A stretch of DNA of 64,000 nucleotides from Pocillopora damicornis. Its lineage: Eukaryota. The notes beneath the pieces were generated by a model. That model did no database searches, was not told the origin of the DNA, and saw only the letters and a program-made list of their open reading frames with translations. This document shows, piece by piece, positions 1 to 12,570 of the stretch; the stretch's first letter is position 1; the number at the start of each line of letters is the position of its first letter. The DNA lies in contig NW_020846779.1 of assembly GCF_003704095.1 (NCBI RefSeq), forward strand, positions 62,001 through 126,000. The letters run 5' to 3'. A program made the position numbers and the translations under genes.

Positions 1-3000
1 CTAGTATGACTACTTGATCCCCTCCAATCAATTAAGATAGATTGTGCTAATTTGTGCAGTACAACTGTCCTTAGTTGGACGATTCAACAAGTTAGACCAT
101 TTAGGCTAGGTATGCATTTTGTATGGTTTAATTTAAGCTACTTTGACTATTTGAACTGCTTCATCTACTTCAGATACATCGAACAATTTAGGCATTTAAA
201 CTATTTTTTGCCTCTTTGCTTTTCCAACTAGCAAACCAATTAAGCTAGTTTGACTAAATCGGGAAGTTTGTGCAGTTCCATTTAAGCTAGTTTTGCATTT
301 TGTCCGTTTGAGGCAATAAAGCTAGTGTCACCATTTGAAGTAGTTCAACTGGTTAATTGTTTTAGCCGAATTAGTTCGACTGGATTAGTAGGGAAACTAA
401 GGAGGATAGTAAACTGAAAAAAGTGTGCAATTTATCTTAGTTGGTCGAGGTAGTTAAAATGATCAAAGAAGCTTAGATGGTTCAACTGGAAATAAAGCAC
501 AACTAGCTTTAGTACTTCAACTACACAAACTGCACAATCTGATTATTTCTTACAAGTCGTTAAAATGTTCAAACTTATTTAATTAGTTTAACTTGTTAAA
601 CAGTCAAACCAGCGAGCTAGTTTAACTTCAAAAATGCACAATCTATCTTAATTCCTTAAAGAAGTCAAAATGGTTAAACTAGCTAACTAGGTTCAATTGC
701 ACATAGAACACAATCTAGCCTGAATGGTTCAACTGGTTAAATAGTTAACCGAGCAAAGACCTCCACTTGTTGCACAATCCATCTTCATTGCTTGAAGTGG
801 TTCAACTAGCTTTTAAACTAGTTGAACTGCTTCAGCTTATTTCAGACGTGGAAACCAGTTGAACTAGTTTAGGTAGTGTGTGCATTTTGTCCAGTTCTAC
901 AGTATCAGCAAGTGTGACTATTTATGTCTCAAATGAGGTGAAACGGTCCAACTGGACATAATGCACAACCTGGCTAAATTGATTTAACTTGTGAGTTTAA
1001 AGTTTTGAGATATTTTCAACATTCAGTCTGTGAATTGAGATAGATTGTGCATTTTTGGTATTTAACTTTATGCGCTGATTTGATTATTTAACTGCTCGAG
1101 CTTTGATTTCTTGAACCAATATAGCTTGATTGTGCCATTTGTGCAGTTCACCAATTGAAGGTAGTTTGCCTACTGTGACTACTTCGACCAGTTGAGAAAG
1201 ATTACTTAATTATATTAGTTTGACTGTCTTGCCTAATTTAGCTTTTCAACCAGCCTAACCATTTAAGCTAGCTGTGAATTTTGTCTGCTTGAAGAACTGA
1301 GGTTAGTATCACCATTTGAGCAGTTTTAAGTAGTTTGGATAGATTTTGCAGTTGGTGCAGTTTAACTATTTCCACTACCTTGAGTATTGACTATTTAACA
1401 AGTGTATCCAATTTAGCAAGGTTGTGAAGTCTGTACAGTGAATGCTACCAGGCTAATTATGCATTTTTCCAGTTAGAGTATTTACACTAGTTTTATCAGT
1501 TGAACTGCTATAACCAATCAAGATAGGTTGCAGTTGAGCCATTTAAGCTAGACTGTCTAGAATGTGCAGTGGAACCAACTAAGGTAGTTATGCACTTGGT
1601 TCAGTTGAACCATTTAAGTTAGTTTAACCGTGTGAACTACTTGCATCAATGAAAACAGACTGTGCAATTTGTGCAGTTTAACTTTTATCACTAGATTGAC
1701 TTTTAACGAGTTGAAACATTAAACCTATTTACGCATTTTGTCTTGTTGAACCATTTCAGCCAATTATGCATTTTGTCTTGTTGACCTATTTAAACTAGAG
1801 CGACCGTTGAACTTCTATAACCAACTAAGGTAGAAAATGCAATTTGTACAGTTTGTTCATTTTTGCTCGTTTGACTAGTTAGCCAGATAAACCATTTCAG
1901 CCAGATTATGCAGTTTGTGCAGTGGAATAATTGAAGCTAGTATGAGCATTTGAGCCACCTCAACCAATTAAAATAGATAGTGCAGCATTTTTGCACTTTA
2001 ACTGTCTTTAATAGTTTGACTTATTAGCCTCTTGAGCTATTGAAGCTATTCACACATTCTGTCCAGTTTAACCATTTTAGCTAGTTATACATTTTGTCTT
2101 GTTGAACTATTTATGCTAGATCGACCATTTAAACCAATCAAGATAGTTTGTGCAGTTTTGCTGTTATTGCTATTTGACTATTTAAGCAGTTGAACAATTT
2201 CAGCTAGATTGTAGAGTTTGTGCAGTTAAGCCGATTAAGCTAATTCTGCATTTTGTCCAGTAAATTATTTAGGCTACTTTGTGAATGTGACACATTTGAG
2301 CTACTTTGTGCTGTTTCTGTAGTTGAGTGAATTAAAATATTTATGGATGTTCTGTGGATCAATCATTTCAGAGTGTTACACATTTTGCCTTTTAAGGTAG
2401 TTTCACTCTTTCAAAAGTAAAACCAATTGAGCTATATTTAATATATTTTCAAATAGTCAAAATCATATTAGTTATATATAAGTTACTTTCGACAAAGTAG
2501 GATAGATTGTACAATTTGTGTAGTTGTACTTATCTCGCTAGTTTGACTATTTAACCAGCTTAACCAATGAGGCAGGATTGTGTTGTTTGCACAGTAACAC
2601 CTATTAGGCTAGTTAAGCATTTTATCCAGTTGAATCAGTCAAGCTAATTTGAGCAATTGACCTATTTCAAAAAAGTCAAGAGACTTTGCAATTTCTGCAG
2701 TTTAACTGTGTTCCCTAAGCAAGCTTATGCTGTTTTTGTAGTTGAACGAATTAAGATATATTTGGACTTTAGCTGCTTCAATCATCTCAGAAAGTAACCC
2801 ATTTTGTCGCTTAAGCTGGCTTAACTCTTTCAAAAGTAAAACCAATTAAGCTATATCTAATATATTTCCGAATTATCAAAATCATATTACTTATAAGCTA
2901 GTTTCATGATTTGAATTATTTCAACAAGGTAAGGTACATTGTACAATTTGTGCAGTTGTACTGTTTTCGCTAGTTTGACTATTTAACCAGCTGAACTAAT

Positions 3001-3425
3001 GAAGCTGGATTGTGCTGTTTGTGCAGTTAAACCTATTAGCTAGTTAAGCATTTTGTCCAGTTGAATCAATCAAGCTAGCTTGAGCATTTGACCTATTTGA
3101 ACAAATCAAGATAGACTTTGCACTTTGTGCAGTTTAACTGTGTTCCAAATTTTAATTTCTCAAACTGGTTTGACGATTTTAACAGCTTTAACCAATTAAG
3201 CTAGATTGTGCAATTTGAGCAATCGAAGGTATTGAGCTAGTTATGCATTTTGTCTAGTTAAACTTTTTAAGCTGATTTGACCAATTAAGCTAGTTTAACA
3301 ATTTATAGCACTTTAATCAGTTGAAATAGATCGTGCAATTTGTGCAGTTTACACGTTTTACCTGGTGGAACCAATTCAGCTACATTGTGCAGTTGAACCA
3401 GTTAAGCTTTTTAGGCTAGTCTAAT
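1..3425. repeat. Degenerate AT-rich satellite, ~35-36-bp monomers, block 1 (inverted patch at ~370-810)
   Basis: Recurring monomer variants TTGAACCAATTAAGCTAGTTATGCATTTTGTCCAG, TTGAACCATTTAAGCTAGTTTGACCATTTGAACTAC, TTCAACCAATTAAGATAGATTGTGCAATTTGTGCAG and TTTAACTGTTTTCGCTAGTTTGACTATTTAACCAG. Reverse-complement forms (AAACTGCACAATCT) at ~370-810. No ORFs. Confidence 0.9.
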
Positions 3426-4409
3426 TAAAAATATCCTTTTTTTGTAGAAACAATCCATGTCTTAAAAAGGACAACAGTAAATTGTTAACACAAAGTCCAC
3501 AAATAGTCCCGTCCAAATGTTTCAGTAACATATAACAGAAACCGTAAAAACCACGAAAAAAGAAGAAACTCAAAAATAGCAGCACTAGTAAAGCTGATTC
3601 CACCACTGTTAGTTTTGAAATGCCGATCGTTTGTCAATTTCCTATGCAACCTCTTACTAATATATTATCAGTTATTATTCAAGCTAAGTACGTGATTTCC
3701 AAATCAAGGCTTTCATAAAATCGTGATTTTCTCACTAATCTAATAGTTCTAGAACTTTTGCCACTGGGAAGTTTTCTTTATTGTGGGCGGCATGTTTCTC
3801 ACAACGCCCTGGTTTTTTCACGAAGTATAGGTAATAAAAGACAACGCGCATTTTCTTTAGTCAGAGATTGTTGATGAAGTCATACCGCTACCGTGTTACG
3901 ATCAGAGTATCCAGTTTATTGCTATTTCGAGTGTATTTCGCTGTCTCTCTGCTGCCTTTTGGTGCGAGTCGTCAACCAAAGTACGTAGGTTTTTATTTAT
4001 TGTAGTTATTTGCTGAGTCGCGAATTGTTAGTCTTTTTGTATCACGAAAGGGTTTCATTTAAGTTATCTAGGTTTTGTTGAGATTGTTTTCACGAGCTTT
4101 ATTATTGCCAAGGCTTATTGTCGTTACTTTATTAGTCCAATTGTCACGTCTATTTGTTTCATGTAATGATCTTGTTAGTTTTATTATGATTGTTCTATCT
4201 TGTTAGATTTGTATTTTATGCCTTACCTAAGTAGTACGTATTCTCAACTATTCCTTTCAGTTCGAATCTACTTGTACAACTACTCCCATTCGTAGCTGCT
4301 ACTATTTGTTTGAATCTATCAAGTGGAGTTCGAATCACTTATCATCTTGCATCACGCTACCCTGTAGTTGTTTAGGATCTGAGTAAGAAGAAACCTCTAT
4401 AATCTCTAC

Positions 4410-4760
4410 AATAACAACCTCCATGATCGAAGGTTCACACTTATTGAGCTAACTCCTACAAGCCCTTCTTTATTCAGGTCATAGTTTTGACCTTTGAAAG
4501 TGCGGAAACTTTGTTGATCAGGTAAACCAGGAAATACACACCACTTTCAACTGATGGTCTCCCTGTTCTGTTTACAAGCTTTAGAGCAATGCATTATTCT
4601 TATGGTGACCTTTTTAATTTGACAGTTTTAGGGCAGCATTTTTAGCTATTCCAAAGACCACACTGTTGCAAAAATCGCCTATAGCAGGGTAGAAGCTGGT
4701 CATCACGTTTCTCTAAAACAACGTTATTGCATTTTGGTTCATTGTGAGCAGACTTCTCTT
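4410..4760 (-). pseudogene. Decayed protein kinase fragment (subdomains VIb-XI)
   Basis: Minus-strand translation across frameshifts gives AHNEPKCNNVVLE (HxDLKxxN), IGDFCNSV (DFG), IALKLVNRTGRPSVESGVY (APE...SDVY) and EPSIMEVV (RPS-like). Homologous to 22819-23025. Confidence 0.7.
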
Positions 4761-4854
4761 TGTCTGGACTCTTTGTTTTGACTGAACGTTGAGGCATCCA
4801 CAGTTAACTTCTATGATCATTATTCTTTACTAGTTCCCGAACGTCATTGACAAG

Positions 4855-5010
4855 TGTAGTGTTTGGCTTTACACAGTGGTGTGACACACCTTGTATCGTA
4901 TAGCCAAATATGCTGGGAATAAAGTAATTTTAAGTGTGATTCCAATATTACCAGTGTGCTGACATTGTGTCATCTTCTGTGTCGGTGTACACCTTTGTTT
5001 AAACATTACA
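4855..5010 (+). repeat. 5' LTR of Gypsy copy A
   Basis: TGTAGT...AAACATTACA, contains AATAAA; aligns with 8111-8263. Confidence 0.85.
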
Positions 5011-5325
5011 TAGGCAACGAGGATGTGCAAGAGTCACTTTTTGATACTCATAGCCATTTGTGCAACCGTGTGACTAATCTTTGTGATGGCAGAGGTGCTT
5101 CCAACCTTCCAACCGTTCAACATACATGTGGATGGCGTGATTGCCTAACAATGGTGCAGATGAATCAAATGACTCAAAAAGCTTTTTTTGCCGCTGCTAT
5201 CAGTGATAAGAAGAGACAGAGAGCTCTTTCATTGTGCTACGCCCAAGAGGTGTCTGACCTCTTTAATACTCAAGCCGACATTGGTGAAGATTTTGCAACT
5301 GCAAAAACAAAGCTGAATGCATACT

Positions 5326-6785
5326 AACTAACGCTGTGTTAAGGAAGTTAAAAAAACCTCAACCCGTCTAAAGCACCAGGCCCTGATGGTATTGGCAATT
5401 GGATCCTGAAAGAATACGCTGAAGTTCTCACACTTCCTACCACGCATCTACTCAATGCTTCATGTAAAAAACAGAAGCTACCCTGATCTCAGTTTGGCAG
5501 TATCCCTTGACCCATGCACTCATCTCGATGGTGAATTCTTGGGCCGAGGCAACTGACAGAACAGGAAGCACAGTCAGAGTTGCCTCATTTGACTACTACA
5601 AGGCTTTCGACCTCATGAAGCATCGTATCCCAGCTAAGAAGGTCTCTCTCTTATCCATGCCTCTCTTCGTCAAGCGCTTGGTGATTAACTTTTTCACGAA
5701 CAGACAACAAGGAGTAAGGCTAGCTAGAAAGTGTCTCTCCAAATGGGCTGATATCCTGTCTGGTGTGCCGCAGCAGAAAAAGTCAGGACCATGGCCTTTT
5801 CTACTCATGATAATGATCTTCAGCCACCTCAAGTGCAAACCTGACACCACCATTTCTGAAGTCGTGCCTGAAGGCTCCACCACTAACATTCAAGATGCCA
5901 TTGAAAGCATTCAAACTTGGTCAACCATTAACAGGCTACAGCTAAATGTTGCTAAGTGAAAAGTCCTCGAGATCTCTTTCTCAAAAACTGCGTACCATTT
6001 CCCAAGCTTAAATCGACTCTGGTCAGCTTGAAGCAGTTACAAATGCTAGAATACCAGGACTAACCGTTAGCAACCACCTGAAGGGGAATGACCACGGGGT
6101 CAATATTATCAAGAAAGCTAAGAAACGTTTACATTTTATTGTCCAGTTCAAACGCACCAAAGTCCCAGAGCAAGACATTATTACTTTTTATGTGATCTGC
6201 TAAGGACCTGTTTTGGGGTACAGCTGTCAGGTTTTCCATTTCGTACTACCAGCCTACTTATCAGATACCATAGAATGGGTTCAGAAGCGTTTTCTGACAA
6301 TCATCTACCCTAATATTGACTACGCAGACAGCTTGGACCTCAGTGGAATTTTAAAGCTAAGCAACAGGCATTTAAAGGCATGTGACATACTATTCAATGA
6401 CATTGTTACTACACCCAGTTACAACCTTGGACAACTACCAGAGAGATACACCCAAGATATAATCTTAGATAGACTCGAGTCTTTGTCCCCCAAGAGCAAA
6501 GGTTTACGAACACCTTTGTCCTGTTTTCAGTTGGAGTTTATAACAAATCCTGATGTATAAATTATAAACTATATTCTCCAATAGACTTAGAGATATAATG
6601 GCCTTTTTTATAACAGATATTTAGATCGCAAAATAGATCGTTAGATCCAATTTTGTAATTCACGTTTTCAATATTATTCAATATATATTTATTAATTTTA
6701 TTTAAAAAGTATTATTTTGTGTACACGCAGTTCAGCCCTCCAGCTGCAAGTTGCACTTTTAATAAACAACAAAAACACATCACAT
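5326..6785 (+). mobile_element. 5'-truncated, decayed CR1/L2-group (Crack/Daphne-like) LINE nested in Gypsy gag
   Basis: RT motifs SKAPGPDGI, VRVASFDYYKAFDL, SGVPQ, LQLNVAK, YSCQVFH...VQKR; 3' end AATAAACAAC. Splits gag between LNAY and FDPKK. Confidence 0.85.
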
Positions 6786-8110
6786 TACACTTTGACCCGA
6801 AGAAGAGTGTGGAATTTGAGATTTTCGCGGTTAGGCAAGTGAGGGGATACTCGGGTGAAACCATGAATATGTATCAATCTCACGTGCAACAGTTGGCAGC
6901 TACATGTGAATTTACTAACGTTGACAAGGAAATTAAAATTGAGAGATCGGACCATCACACTTAAAGCCTCAGTCTTGTGGGAGAGGAAGAACACATCAAA
7001 AAGGAAACAGGAAGCAGAGAGGTTGAAATTCCAAGCCCCCCCAAACCATTAGCCAAGTGAACAAAAAATCAAAACCATGCTCACCGCCATCAAGTCCCGA
7101 TCATGAATACATGTTCCCATTAAGTTCTCCTACTAAGACTAGTGTTCTATTTGTGTCATTGGAAGTCAATGGTGTCACATGCAAGTTCCTAGGGGACTCT
7201 GGGGCCAGTGTGAACATTGTGAGTAATGTCTTTGTCATTGTGAGTAAAGTCTTTTCAGTGGCCTTGGAAAGATGAAGAATGTTGAGGTCAAATTGCATAT
7301 CAATGAGAATGTGAAACCTATACACCAATCCCAGAGAGACATCCCATTCCATCAACTAAAGAATCTTGAAGCTTGCGTTAAATCTCTGCTGCAACAGGAT
7401 ATCATTGAGCCTGCTGATGGACCCACTCCCTGGGTATCTCCTATGGCTTTGGTGCTCAAGCCCAGACAACCTGGCTGAGTACGTATAGCTGTGCGTGGAC
7501 ATGAGGGAAGCTAACAAAGCAATAACCCGAGGAAGACACCTCATGCCTACCCTTGATGAGGTTTTACACGACCTTTATGGAGCATGCATTGTGCTTAAAG
7601 GTCTGGTTTCCAAGAACGGACAGTCTGGTTGATTCTATTATGAAACGCAGGGTTCCCTTTCAAGTTGCCACACCTCAGCCTTCCCATGAGCTTCTGCAGA
7701 TGACTCTATTGCCCAATCATCCCCGGAAACAAGTAAGCATTGACTTTGTGAAGTTGCTGAAAACAATGCCCTTATTGTACCCTAACTACTTAACATTTTC
7801 TGAGATTAAGATCGAGTGGTGATTCAGTGGCTGGACCACATATTTACTGCCTATGGTGTACCTTAAGTGACAAAGTCCGATAATGGTCCCCCCTTTAATA
7901 GTGGCAAGTTCCACAATCTGCTAAGTATTTTAGCTTCAAGCACCGAAAGGTGTCTCCTTTGCGGCCTAAAGGTAATGGAGAAGTGGGATGTTTTGTGAGG
8001 ACCTTTATGTGGACCTTTGCACCTTCTATCGCATAGTATTTGTTAGTGTTAATTTCAAGATATTTATCCCTTTTGTTGTGCAATTCTTCTCAACGGTGGA
8101 AAAAGAGAAG

Positions 8111-8263
8111 TGTATTCTTTAGTGTTGCACAGTGGTGTGACACGCTTTGCGTCATCTAGCCAAGCATGCTGAGGATAAAGTAATTTTACATGTGATTCCA
8201 ATATGACCGATATGCTGATTTTGCGTCGTCTTCTGGGATATACACCTTCATTCAAACATTACA
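8111..8263 (+). repeat. 3' LTR of Gypsy copy A
   Basis: TGTATT...AAACATTACA following the polypurine tract; diverged match to 4855-5010. Confidence 0.85.
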
Positions 8264-8499
8264 TCAAGCTCGGCTATTCTTGTAGTTTCCCATGGCTTTT
8301 GGATTTCCCACGAAAAGTGTAAGATCGAGAGAAATTTGATACCTCATCAACAACAGAATTGTGTTTTGAGAACTCAATGATCCATCTGCTGAAAATTTTC
8401 ATTGTGTATTTAGTCCGGCAAAAATGCACAAAATGCACAAACTGGCTCAGTTGATTTAACTCGTTAACATCGTCTAATTAGCTGCAAAGTTAAAGCAGC

Positions 8500-9210
8500 A
8501 TAAATAACCAGCAGAGAAGCGAAAAGACGTTTTCGTTGCGTTACAGCTGAGAACAGTTAATTCAGCAATCAAAAGCAAAAATGTTTTTTCTGTGAAATAA
8601 GGTTCAAAACACCTAAATTCGTTTTCGGTGCGCAGAAACAACGTTTTGATTGAAGTAAAGCCAAAATTAACGTGAGTAGCTAAACCGATTAGAATAAGAG
8701 TTTTTTTCAGTGCAATTAAGCTAAGAACAGCATGCTTCAGCGGGAAAGAAGCGAAAAAACGTTTTCGATGCAATAAAGCTGGAAAGGGCGTAATTTGCTC
8801 TAAAAAGCAGAACAATGTTTTTTTAAGATAAATAAAGCTAATTTCAGCTTTGACCAGCTGCAAACGGCCAGAAGACCTTTTTTCCGGTGTCAAAAAGCTA
8901 AAAACAACTTAATTCAGTGGCAGACAGGTGAGAAAACGTTTTTAGTGCAATAAACCTGAAAACGGCGTAATTTAGTCAAATAAAGTGACTTGTTTTCGGT
9001 GCAAGAAGTAGAATATTGCGTAACTTAGCCAAAAAGCCTCTCTTAAGGGATAAAACTTAAAGCAAGCCAATTCAGCTGCAAATAAATAAAAACATGAAAA
9101 CAAGAAGTGATGTTTTAAGCAAAACTCAGCTCAACTAGCTGGAAGAAGGCAGAAAACCTTTTTTCTGTGCTAAAAAAGCGAAAAACAACTTAATTTAGCA
9201 GGAAACAAGC
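8500..9210. repeat. Degenerate tandem repeat, ~57-58-bp unit, about 12 copies
   Basis: CGTTTTCGGTGCAATAAAGCTGAAAAC-like motif recurring near 8529, 8583, 8643, 8700, 8760, 8817, 8878, 8937 and 8992. Confidence 0.75.
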
Positions 9211-9486
9211 CAATTAAGCTAGTTTGTTCAGTTTTCAACATTTAACTGTTTTTGGCTGTTTGATCAATCGAGCCCACTCAGGTAGTTTGCACATTTTGTA
9301 CAGTTTAATTGATTGTGGTTTTTGCATTTTTTTCGAGTCTAACTGTCTTTGTTAGTTTGACTATTTAACCAGTTAAACTATTTAGGCTAGTTAAGTATTT
9401 TGTCCGATTGAATCGAAATTTGTGCTAGTTTGACTATTTAGTGTCCTTGAACCGATTGCAATGCTTTGCGCTATTTGGGCATTTAA

Positions 9487-11183
9487 GAGGCTGTCTCTCT
9501 TATTTCCACCCGGTCAATTTTGCGTCAAAAATAATTTTTCCTGAAACTCTGTTAACAGAAAGACTTTACCTAAGAAAGAACTAAATTAGATTTGGTTTGA
9601 TTCGAAATAATTTTCTGACTGCATTACAGGCCATAATTATTTCCCAGTCCGTAGGGACCGTCGCAACGTCTCGAAAATTGAAAAATAGGCATATTTTGTA
9701 ACGTTGTAAAATAATTGATTCGCATAGTTAAGCCACAGAATTTATATCAGATTGCTTAAAAACCTTGCTAGTTTGCCAAGAAAGTTAGAATTTGCCCTCT
9801 CAACATATTTGACATTAAGCGCGAAACATGGCTTTAGTTTTCGAGTTTAGTTCGCAACAACGAGTCAAAGAAGAGTATCGACAGATGCCGACCGCTGAAT
9901 TTTGGAGGTATTTGCTGGAGTTATCATAAAGTCCAGTTCACCAGTTTGGGAAGCGAGGAATATCTGAAATTTCACATAAACCCATGATTTCTCCGGCTAT
10001 TTACAGGTTGCTGTTCTGTGGACACAATCGACGCGGAACCGAGAGAAGTAAGCTCAGGATATTTGAAATTGATTTATTAATTATATGATATCAAACTCCA
10101 GGTAAAAGCATTTATTCTTTTCATCCAAAATATTTCTGCCCAAATATTACTTTGGGATACAAAACAAAACCATATGGCACAACTTACGGCACAAGCTATC
10201 AGCGGTCTTCTCTTTTGTGCGGACCTTTGTGAGAACAGTATAACATCGAGCTGGATCTAAATTTAAGCGATTATTTCTTCACTTCAGAAGCCTAAAACCT
10301 TCATTTCTCCCCCAGCTTCCAGACATGGAGAGTTTATATTCTGATTTTGGAAAAAATTCAGCTCTGCAGCGATGTTAAATGGGTGATTCACCGCGAAATG
10401 TGGCCAATCCCGGCATTTGTTTTGATACCACGAATCACGATGGATGCCGCCTACTTTTCGAAGGCAATACCTAGCTATTTGTTGAAGTTATCATGGATCT
10501 CACCAATTTGGTTATTTGAAAAATTCTGAAGTGAGCCATGAAGCCGGGCTGCAAAGCGGGTAAGCTGTATTTATGACGAAATCTGCTCCAGTGGTTCGAT
10601 GTGGTGTATTTGGTGTAGGCAAAAAAATCGCGAATGCCCGTACATGTGCTGATTCAAACGGTCATAACTTTTGAAAAATTGAAAACGTACAGGGTTTTTG
10701 CATATTTTTGTCTATAAAGGTCTAAACTTAACGGCTGTGTAGGATAGAATCGTCAACCAGGTCCCAAATCCCAAAACTTAGCGTCTAAATCAAGGTTATT
10801 TACGGCCATCGGCCGATGGCGATTTCTAGTGGTCAGAATATGCTAAAATTCGCCTTTTCAAATATGTTGAAAGGGCAAATTCTAACTTTCTTGGCAAACT
10901 AGAAAGTTTTTAAGCAATCTGATATAAATTCTGTGGCTTAACTATGCGAATCAAATATTNNNNNNNNNNNNNNNNNNNNNNNNNNNNNNNNNNNNNNNNN
11001 NNNNNNNNNNNNNNNNNNNNNNNNNNNNNNNNNNNNNNNNNNNNNNNNNNNNNNNNNNNTTATTTCGAATCAAACCAAATCTAATTTAGTTCTTTCCTAG
11101 GTAAAGTCTTTCTACTAACAGAGTTCCAGGCAAAATTATTTTTGACGCAAAATTNNNNNNNNNNAAATAAGAGAGACAGCCTC
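9487..11183. mobile_element. Non-autonomous Sola3-type DNA transposon, ~330-bp TIRs, TTAA TSD
   Basis: TTAA(9483-9486)-GAGGCTGTCTCTCTTATTT...AAATAAGAGAGACAGCCTC-TTAA(11184-11187). Inverted match 9487-9812 to 10860-11183. GAG...CTC termini, TTAA target and long TIRs are Sola3 hallmarks. No transposase ORF. Confidence 0.85.
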
Positions 11184-11904
11184 TTAATTTGCTACTGTTA
11201 CTTTTTTCTCATTGAACCAGTTGCATTATTTTGACAGTTGCATTTTGCCTGCATGGCGTTTGAAGCAAGTTCGACCATTTGAATTACTTCAACCAATTGT
11301 TATAGTTTTCAGTTTCTTCGGTTTTGCTATTTTAGATACTTAAGCATTTTTAAGTGCCCAACATTAAATTCAACTAGAACGTACAGTTGGACCAAGCTAG
11401 TTAAACATTGAAGCTAGTTGAAACGCTTCAACTACTTTAACCAATTAGTGCAGAATATGCAATTTTTGCAGTTTTACTGCTTTAACTACTTTAAGCATTT
11501 TACCAGTTGAACCTGTAAAGCTAGGTGTGCATGTTCTCCACCTAAAGCATCGAAGCTAGTTGGACCAATCAAACCACTTCAACCAGTTGAGACCGAGATA
11601 AACTGTCTGTTCCAGCTCTACTATTTAACCCACTGAGCTATTTAAACTTGTTATGCATTAAGTCCGGCGGGAGAATCAAAGCCAGTTCAATCATTTAAAC
11701 TACTTCCTCCGATTAAGATAGATTGTGCAATTTGTGCAATTTAACTATTTTCGTTAGCTTTGACTTTTAACTAGTTGAAACAATTAAATTAGTTTGGTTT
11801 GACTGTTTTAACTACTTTAGTCAATTAGGGTACATTGTGTAGTTTGTGCAGTAAAAGCTACCAAGCTACTTATGTATTTTGTCCGGTTTAAGCATTTGAA
11901 GTTA

Positions 11905-12570
11905 AAGTTGCAGTGAAGAGACTCAGAGAAGAAAAAAGTTCTTTTCCTATGGAGAATATTATTGATATACTATCTTTTTGCCTCAAAACCAACAGGTTTT
12001 GGTACAGCAATGGGTTCGCCGGTCTCTGCTGTCATTGCCAATATAGTTATGGAAGACGCAAAAAAAGGGCCTTGCCACTTTACCGCTAAACCCTTTTCCT
12101 GAAAACGATATATCAATGATGCTATTTCTGCAGTATTCAGAAATGAAGTGGAACGCCTTCATCGTATTAAATCCATAGAGCCATCTATCTAATTTACGCT
12201 TAAGCATGAAAAGGATAGACATTTGCCTTTTCTTTATTTAAATGAGTGCAGGGTGGAAGAGGAGGATTTATCATAAATAGACTGAAACGTTACTCAGCAG
12301 GACTGATCGTCAACCATCTTTACTTGATTCAAAGCCTGAGGAGCAAAGATATGTTTCTAATGACCTAACGGTAAATGGCTATTCTCCGTAACTGCTAGAG
12401 ACCAGTTGTAACTAGTAACATTCCTGATGAGAAGAAACCAGCGACTGGTTTTCATGTTCTTCCTCACATTCAAGGTTTTACAAAACCCATCAAGAGAATT
12501 TAGAATAGCCACAACGTTAGAGTTGCTCAAACACCTACTTAGACTTAAGGGCATATTTTTGCTAAGCCCA
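11905..12570 (+). mobile_element. Penelope-like element RT fragment (Penelope/Poseidon type), decayed
   Basis: QQVFGTAMGSPVSAVIANIVMED, KRYINDA (YVDD equivalent), SIEPSI.FTLKHEKDRHLPFL, NGYS. Confidence 0.85.

Larger units (their letters stand above)
4855..8263 (+). mobile_element. Ty3/Gypsy LTR retrotransposon copy A, internally deleted and interrupted by a LINE
   Basis: Two ~155-bp TG...CA LTRs; PBS-like TAGGCAACGAGG at 5011; polypurine tract GGTGGAAAAAGAGAAG before the 3' LTR; flanks ACAAG/TCAAG (5-bp TSD, 1 mismatch). Gag remnant (RQRALSL...KLNAY|FDPKKS), protease FLGDSGASVNIV, RT start (TPWVSP...LCVDMREANKAI) fused to an integrase remnant. Confidence 0.9.

Noticed and set aside
9487-11183. 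piggyBac or Kolobok assignment from the TTAA TSD
   Set aside because: Ends are GAG...CTC with ~330-bp TIRs, unlike piggyBac CC ends. Sola3 fits better, though Kolobok is not formally excluded.
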